From Vicugna vicugna (taxonomy: Eukaryota), in contig MU057880.1 of assembly GCA_013265495.1 (NCBI GenBank), forward strand, positions 2,324,527 through 2,369,464: a stretch of DNA of 44,938 bases. The letters are read 5' to 3'. Below the pieces are notes generated by a model. The model was not told the DNA's origin. It did no database searches and saw only the letters and a list, made by a program, of their open reading frames with translations. Below are positions 36,901-44,938 of the stretch, in pieces; position 1 is the stretch's first letter, and every line of letters begins with the position of its first letter. A program made the translations under genes and the position numbers.

Positions 36901-38030
36901 TTTTCAGTCTTGAACTCTATCCAAGGTATTGCCCAGTGTCTGTTTAGGAACACCTAGACCGTGGGTGCCCAGCCCAAACCTGGAATCAAAACAAGTCACA
37001 AAGCCCTATACCCTCCATCCCCAGGCTACTGCTGTCTATCAGACATGATGAGATGTGTGAAGTCCTCAGTGAGCCCACTCGTCACCCTGTGGTTACAGCT
37101 GATACAGTCTTGGCTCAGAGACACTTAGATGCTCTGATGAGGAATGGTTTGAACCTTCCAGCCCAGCTTCACTCCTCAAGTTTCACAGGCAGCCTTCAGT
37201 CATCCCACAGGAGTAAATTCATCAATAACCTCAGCCTAAGGTCTCATACCCAATAATTGTTCAATGAATTTTGAATAAGTGAACTTAGAAGTCAAAATTC
37301 AAATTACTTTCCTAAGACCTCTCATGGTTCCAGTTGGTCAATGAGATGATTTAATCAGTTTGATCACATGTAACCCACAGTTAAGTACCTAGATAGTGTC
37401 CTGTTTCTATCACAGGTGCAAATTTCTGATATTTCTCAGAAACCTATCCAACCCCCCCCCCAAAAAAACCCACTAAGTTTCCGTTTTGTTTACTTAACAA
37501 GTTGACTATAAAATTGGTTCCTGGAGCGAAGATCTGTATGTTAATTTCTCCAGTTGATGAATGTGAAAGATCATTCAGTTAAAACTATCCTTCGAGGTCA
37601 TCAAGTCTTCAGTACAAGAGCCAGTTTTAAAACAAAACCTGACTGTTAGAAACTTCTACTTCTTTCCTTCATATTTAGATCTGTGAGTAGTTTTGGCTAG
37701 ATGATCTCTGAGATTTCTCCCAGCACTTACACTGACAACTCCATTTGAAAACCTTCAACAGAGAGGGAAGACCCTACTCACTGGGTCAGGATTCCTCTGG
37801 ACACTTCAGAAAACATTTCCCTGTAACTTCCACCCATCAGTTCAGGTTTTACCTTTGTAACAATTAAAAAGATTCTCTTCTTCTTTTCTTCTTTCTAAGA
37901 GATCCCTGTACTTTTTGAAGCATTCTTGTCAATCTCCTGCTGCCTCCAGTTGCAAGCCATTTAACAGTGTCACCAGATCACTGGCCAGAGATCCCTTCCA
38001 GTACCTGTGAAAGGTATATATCCAGATGTG

Positions 38031-38155
38031 TTTTTTTTTTTTTTAATTTTTATCTGTTTTTGTTTTCTATTATTTTTAATGGAGGTACTGGGGTTTGAAC
38101 CCAGGACCTTGTGCATGCTAAGCATGTGCTCTACCACTGAGCTCTCCCCTCCCCC
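38031..38155 (-). mobile_element. tRNA-derived SINE (vic-1-like, short form)
   Basis: atggaggtactggggtttgaacccaggaccttgtgcatgctaagcatgtgctctaccactgagct; CCAGATGT on both flanks (38022-38029, 38159-38166). Confidence 0.92.
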
Positions 38156-40857
38156 AAACCAGATGTACTTGGAGGTGGATCTAGGAACTATAAAGGTGAA
38201 GAATGAACAAATTCAACTTTTGTTACAACATATCCATGGAGAACGTCTCCCTGAAGATACACGTCCTCACCCTGCCTCTCAACAGGCTTTTTAGTTTCAG
38301 AATGTGTTGTTTACTGACGATGTGATATTGGAAAGTTACTGTTTTCCGGGATGCTTGCATCTGAGCATCACTTTATTATATCTTTTGGTAGAAAGAAGTA
38401 TTTAGACATGCATCTGAAATTTCAGTGCCAACCAGTGGGAAAACAGGACTCAATTATAGAATCTTCTCAGAAAATCAGCATAATTCTCAATTTCCATGAG
38501 TTCCTATTCCAAGAGACTACTACAAAAATCTGTTTATCTATTTTAAGGCTTAGACAAAAGAGCTCTTAGACTGAGGTCCATGAACGCACTTGAAATTCCC
38601 TGTGAACTTCAGGAGGTTGTACATGGACAGTTTGTAAACACGCATACACTTTTCCAACATTGTCAGAGGACTTGGCTCACAAAAGTTTAGGGATCCGTGA
38701 CGTCACAGAGGAAGCTGGAAAACAATGCGGTGATGGAGTTTAAATTTCTTAGTTTCTGCGGAATGAGAATAAACGTGACTCTAAGTTCAAGTGCGCCGTA
38801 GACCTGCTCTGTTAGAGGCGGCCATGCGGGGGAGGCGGGCAGTCTCCCTCAGAGACCATCTCCTGGAACAGTACTGCAGTTGTTAACTGGTATTTAGCAC
38901 CAGTGAAAGCCCGTGGGAACCTGGCTCACAGCCGAACTACACTAAAAATTTAAAGTTTGAGGATGCTTCAGTGCAAGGTGAAGTTGCCTTCCAGGACTAC
39001 AGGAAGATTCTCATGGATTAAGTTGCCAGATGCATGTCAGTGATAATTACTAGGAAAGAAAACAGAACCTTCTTTGGTGAAATTATGGGGGAGATGACAG
39101 GGCGTACAACAAAAGCTTAAGCACATTAACCTCTGGTCCATTCTGAGATCACCTCCAACATCGCGACCACCTAATTTTCACATTACCCCTCCCAGCCTCC
39201 CAAACCTTAAGAAAGCAGCCCTCACCATGTGCTCAGAAGAAAACCATATGGCTCAGGCAACATAGTCCAGATTTAGAATAGGATAAAATAGGGAAAGGAT
39301 TCTTGCCTGAGAGTGACCCCAGACGGTTCTAACTTCCTAGTAAGTTGTGTTCCTGATACGGGATGTTCTACAAGTTAGAATTTGGTTTCGTATTTGTTTC
39401 AAAAAATGCACACACATCCTTCAAAACCAGTCCAACATAAAATGTACATGGGATATTTAACTTTTCAACATTTGAAGCATATGTGTCAACTCCAAGAAGG
39501 GTCTCCCTTGATAAAACCTACCTCCGAATGCAAATTTCAGAAGCCTTGATTACATTTTATGAAGGAAATATTTTTCCTCACCTTAACTTTTGGCATAATT
39601 ATTTTCCATTACCTCTTATAAATTTGGTCTCATAATGTTAACAACTTCCCCCTCTTTTTTTGCTCTTCATATTGTATGATGAACATTTTCCCCATGATAT
39701 TGAAATTTCATCATTGAATTGAACGGTTTCATCATATTCCAATGCATGGATATACCATCACTTAGATCTTCTCCTTCAGTTAAAATTGCATTTATAACTT
39801 TTTGTTATTAAAAAATTTCAAAGGTGAGCACCTTTGAATCTACTGATGAATTGATTTCTACGGTAAATGTGATGGTGGTTGGATTATAAACCCACTGTGA
39901 ACAAATTATAGCAAAACACACGAGCATGGTTTCTTGGTAGTGACAATGGTGCAAATGAGGCAGGTAGTGTTTTTGGAGAGGACGTTATCTCTTGTTTTAC
40001 TGATTTTTCTTCAGCCCAATCTCTGTTATTCATGGATAGAGACACCTTTTCCTACAGCTTAAATTGTGCCCACTATCAGGGCAATATCAAGGAAGCAATA
40101 AAATGAAGTTGCTTGATCTCTTTCGGGCATCCTTATTACACAAAGATTCCATCTACATTGGAAGTTAATTTTTTTAAATAAATGTTTAATAATCCATATG
40201 TCTCTTGTATGCAGATTGTTAACCCCGGTACAAAATTTTCTCTTTTGTTTCTTAGAAAATGCTTTAATTTAAGTAGGGGACCAATTGCCAGGCTGGTTTT
40301 GCTCTCTGTTTAGCTTGATGGTTTTTATTATTAATTTAATGAAATCAAGTCGATTAAATTATCTGGTGAATTGAGGTGACTTTCACCATTATTATCATGG
40401 AGTTGTTAGATTCCTGCCATTAATACGGGAGCAAAACGACCTGCATTTTCCCTGAAGTTTATTGGAGATGCTGTCTTCCCCTTCTAAGTCATGGAGGGAA
40501 GTAACTGTGTATTTGTGTAGCTCTTGGAGCAGCAGCTAGACCTAATCTGGCCCCTAATACCAAAGACACACAGCTTAAACTTTAAAGGCCTATCGTAGCT
40601 TGACAGTGAAGAATTGTCAACCTCAAAGAGAATGAGGAGAAAAAGAGTTTCAACCACCACGAGAAACAGGCCCTGGCTATAAAAACGTCCCCTCCAAAAT
40701 CCTTGCACCTTTGCACTCACAAGTTGTTGTGGTTTTAATGCCAAAGATAAAAAATAAAAAAAAACTACCTCAGTGTTTTGCACAAGCAGCCCTGAGGAAG
40801 AAAAACAGCTTTATGACCATATGTGGTCATTAATGTTCCATTCATAAAAGAGACCAG

Positions 40858-40884
40858 ACACACACACACACACACACACACACA
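40858..40884. repeat. (CA)n microsatellite, ~13 units
   Basis: Uninterrupted acacacac run. Confidence 0.95.
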
Positions 40885-41094
40885 GAGACACCTTGCCTGA
40901 ACATATGTGTAATCATTTTAAAACTGCGTCTGACATTTAATGGATACTGAATGAATATGTGTCCTTGACTGGTTGACTAAATGGAATAAATACATTAAAA
41001 ATGTGAACATAACCGAGAATATCCTGAGAGTTTACCCGGGGTAAATAAATGTAATGCTCTAAAATATGCACATTTTTAAAAAAAAGCAGGGGTG

Positions 41095-41272
41095 GCGGGG
41101 GAGAGGCAAGAGGAAAGTTCTGGAGCTGATGGGTGTGTTTATCACCTTAATTGTGGCCATGGTTTCAAGGGTGCACACACAGGTTCCGCCCCAGCAAAGT
41201 GTAGACATTAAATATATGCTTGTTTTTCATATATCAGTGACACCTCAGAAAAGCTGTTAACAAAATAAAAAA
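41095..41272 (+). mobile_element. Old L1 (L1MC/MB/ME-type) 3' end
   Basis: ggaaagttctggagctgatggg..ccttaattgtgg..atggtttcaagggtg..acattaaatatatgc..cacctca..aaagctgtt and A tail. Confidence 0.75.
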
Positions 41273-42144
41273 CTGAGAAACCCAGAGTAAATACGTTCAA
41301 TTCTCTAAAGCATCCACATTTAACGTTTCCTTGACAAAACCTTCCAGAATCTGTGTTTCATCTTAAGGAACTCAAGTGTGCCTTGGGTCACACACACAGA
41401 TTAGACCAGGTGTGTAGAGTGCACTGTGCACCCAAGTTTGTCTCTTTGGCATCTTTTGTGTTGTTTTCTCCCACTGTATCTCATTCTTTCCTGTGTTATA
41501 TTTACATGTTATCTGAAATCCTGCAAGCACAGTCTAAGACCTGAAAGAGAAGTGTTTCAAGTTTTGGACTCCTTTGATTTTTTTTTTTATTCCCGTTTCT
41601 CAGTGCAATACCATGGCGAGGGACACTTTCTAATTAGGAGAAACGGATACATTTTTTCCATTAGAGCACTTCATTATTAGACATGACCAGAGGGAGTGAA
41701 ATTGAAAATATTGTATTTCTAGGAGAATTTCCTTTTCTCCTTTATACCTCAGTGAGTCACGGGATTGCTTCATTTCCCTTAAGAAAAGTTTGGAAGCAAG
41801 TAAGAGCCTCTGTGAAAGAGGTTTCAGCTCTGAAATCTGCGTTTCCCACAGGAAGCTACGTTCTGAATGCACTTTCATGGGGGATTGGTCCCCCTGTCTC
41901 GCTGATGGAAAAATATCCCTTCCTAATTTATGATCTTAAGATACCCGACAGTGTAGCTGGATCTGTGATTATAGCTTTTAAATATGTTCCGTTCTGGGCA
42001 GCTGTTAAGTAGCTTCGTTTAAAATACCAATTACTCTAAATATTCTCTAATTAAAGCATCAAGTTGTGATTAAATTCAGGATCACATCTTCTCAGTAACC
42101 CTGCTCAAGAGGACTTGGGCGCTACCAGCGCCACCTTCACCACT

Positions 42145-42440
42145 TAGACAATCTCTTTTCCGAACGACCAGGAGTCCTTATGTTTTGGAATGCAGACCGT
42201 TTCAGATTCCTGGAAGGCAAAATAGTGGGACATATTCTGGATATTATTATCTGGGGCAACACCCCAGACTCCAGCACTTTAAAATTTAGCAGAACGGATG
42301 AAGATGAACGTAATAGATAAATACTACAAATAGCCTGATGTCTGCTCGGCTTATGTGTTTCTCCCTATTAAGCTAAGTTCAAGTCAGATTTTGTGGCCAA
42401 ATGAATTTTAAAAGTCCTCTGGGTTTCAGAATTTTTTCTT
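42145..42440. mobile_element. TcMar-Tigger-derived MER46-like remnant
   Basis: tgttttggaat..ttcagatt..gaaggcaa, tggggcaacacccc, actacaaatagcctgatgtc, gttcaagtcagattttgtggccaaatga, gtttcaga resemble the MER46C consensus as I recall it. Confidence 0.6.
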
Positions 42441-44629
42441 ACTATAGCTTCTCTGCATACCTTTCTCTTGTTTTAAAAACCTGTTTCTCCCCCAACATCA
42501 CTCTATCTCCATTTCAGTAGATACAGTGACTCTTTTCTAATGTGAATACTTTGTAATATTCTCTTTACATTCCTGAAATAAGGCAGAGATAATAAATCTA
42601 ACTACAGGAATAATTTTTTTTAAAAAAAAATCAATGCAATGGTCAAACATATAAAGCAGAAATACAAGGAAATAAATGCATAATAAATTAATATATGTAA
42701 TAACATGTAAATGTTCAGACTCTAAGCCTGTATGAAATATAATGGAGTCTAATATTTGCTCCTAAGGTTAGAATCACTGTGCTAGTGCCAGCTGCAAATG
42801 TAGACAGAAAGGGATGTTTTATGTTTATGGGCATATTGAGAGTGATGTTCCCAAGTGGTTTCCAACATGCTAAACAATTCTTGATAAAACTCCTACAAAA
42901 ACATATATACATTCATACAGACGTGGTTTATTGGCAGGTGGACCAACAGCTCTAAGGGTCAGAAGGAAGCAGAGTTGGACCGAGAAGGGGACTCTGGCTC
43001 TGATGTGGTCACAGTAAAAGCCTCAAACAAACTTCCTGGGAGCCCTGGCCCTGGGGTGCCCTTCCCAGCTGTCCTGAGTGAGGCCCAGGGGCTGAGCCTT
43101 TCCTGCCCTGTGTCAGGAGTCTCTGTCCTGAGGGCTGCATCTGGGTTCCCCCGCACAGCGCCCACCAACACAGATGCAGACAGATACCCCTCCAGTCGTC
43201 CGCCCAGACGGGGATGGACCCACACCTGCTGCTCACACGGCTCTCAGTTGCAGTCTGCAGGGAGGGAATGCAGACTGGATGGGTCTCTGGGACAATCCGT
43301 CTAAGTGAGTTCCCCTTGGATGGGGAGGGAAAGAAATGCTGGCCAATAAAATTCGTGCGCGGTCTGATGGACATTCAGAAAATAGTTTAGGAAACGCAAA
43401 CTATCTTCGCAATTTGCTTGAGGAGTCATGACCTGTATCCACAGAGTGAGCCGTAACCACAGCTCTGAGAACACAGGGGATGGAAGTAGGCGCTGGGCGC
43501 CATGTGCAAAGTTGGTTTCTACACCAGTCACATCGTAACAGCATACTGGTGTTAAATCCACAGCCGTCAAAGCATGTTTTACCCATCCCGGACAAAAACG
43601 ATCTCTAATTTAAAATTGTCCCTTTGGGGCTTGCCCTTTAAAACACACTAGGGCATGTGTTTGCTTCTATGAAAATGTAAAGCAAAATGTTTGTTTAAAA
43701 TACGTTCTAATTCCCTGCACCATCACTTTGAGCAGTAAGTGCACATTCCTTCCAGCACAAAAGCCATGAACAAGACTCGTTGCATAAATATTTTGCTCTG
43801 TGGCACCCACAGTAACAAATCACAGCTATAAAAACAACACTCAATCACGGTGCCAGAGTTTGGATTCTCTCTTAAACATGGTAGGTGAGGCTTCAAGGAT
43901 GTAAACATGGAAGGATTCCCTGAGTGGTGTCTGGGAAGGTATACCTAAGTCCTTGCCTTCTTCAGTTTCCTTACTCAGGAGGGAAAAAAGAGAAGCAAGG
44001 ATATGACCCACGTTCACGTGCACACCCAAGGGGGCCCCTGTGCACTGGGAGTGGCCCGGCCTCCCTCCGTTCTGAGTGCTCCCTGGGGCTGTGTGTCCAT
44101 CCGGGGTCTTGTCTGCAAACCACAGAATCCTTGTTGACCCCCGTAAGCAGAAAAAAATGGAAGGAATTGACCTCTTTTCCCCTCTTCTAGCCAGTGTTAC
44201 CAGTTCTAACAAATGTGTATTTGAATTATTAACAATGGTACTTATTTTAATTATATTTGTGATATTAGAGCAACTGTTGAACGCAAAATCTAAGGGGTAA
44301 AATATTCAAAGTATTCCCTTCCGCAGACAAGATGCTTTATTTATTTGTTTATCTAAGTCATGTTTTTTCCTAGATGAATACTAACTTGATCATTGTTACT
44401 GTAAACATATTATGTAACAAATTTTTTATGTTTTAGTGGGTTAATTGCAAATGAAATATTTTTAACGTTTGTATTTTTGTTACATTTTCTGTTTTCTGTC
44501 AACATTGTTTTGATGTTTCTTTTGTTTTATAAAATTAGACATAAAAAATGAAAAAAGAAAAATTAAAGAATGCAATTCTGTCTAATTAATCATGAATCAT
44601 TATCAATTTGCCCTTTCTTTTATTTTTAT

Positions 44630-44775
44630 CTCTCCCTCCTCTCAGCCTCCTTCCCTCCCTTCCTTCCTCCCTCTCTTCCATCTTCCTTCCCTGTGTTGGT
44701 TAGCCCTTCAACAAAGAGTCATTGGTCACCCGCTATGTACTGGCCAGTGATGCCTATGCCGGGAAACACGCAAAT
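44630..44775 (-). mobile_element. L2 3' end remnant with pyrimidine-rich simple repeat
   Basis: CCTT/CCCT tract followed by ttcaacaaa..cattg..caccc.ctatgtactggcca. Confidence 0.5.
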
Positions 44776-44938
44776 CATTCATTGCTACAGGTCTAAATGG
44801 CCTCTCGTTCTATTGGCAGAGATGTTCCTCTGTAATGTAATATTCCGCCATGTAGTTAACATCTATTATTTACTCCCCAGAAGAGTCCCCCCCTTCTTTA
44901 TGGTAAGAGTGTCTTGACTTTATTTTGGGAACATTCCT

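Noticed and set aside
39327..39380. Short inverted repeat TTCTAACTT...AAGTTAGAA
   Set aside because: Only a 9-bp stem with poor internal pairing; not enough to call a miRNA or MITE.
42959..43595. GC-richer patch with several ORFs on both strands
   Set aside because: No protein similarity I can recognise and no consistent splice pattern.

Overview
Eukaryotic (mammalian) genomic DNA, most likely camelid given several tRNA-derived vic-1-type SINEs and no Alu/B1/Bov-A/PRE-1. The window holds the 3' part of PDGFC on the + strand: about 20 kb of upstream intron, the last three coding exons (20449-20656, 25301-25518, 29854-29970, all with AG/GT boundaries and consistent phases), a ~1.4 kb 3' UTR ending near 31395, and ~13.5 kb of downstream intergenic DNA. 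The rest is mostly L1, L2, MIR, MaLR/ERV LTR and DNA-transposon remnants; nearly all other listed ORFs are spurious. I see no convincing novel multi-gene system. The best leads are (i) a strong local GC/CpG shift with amino-acid changes in the growth-factor exon and proximal 3' UTR, suggesting GC-biased gene conversion plus basic substitutions that run against it, (ii) an antisense solo LTR with a 25-bp CCAAT-box array, and (iii) a triple SINE stack at one repeated target site. Human/mouse comparisons and repeat family names are from memory, not from alignments.
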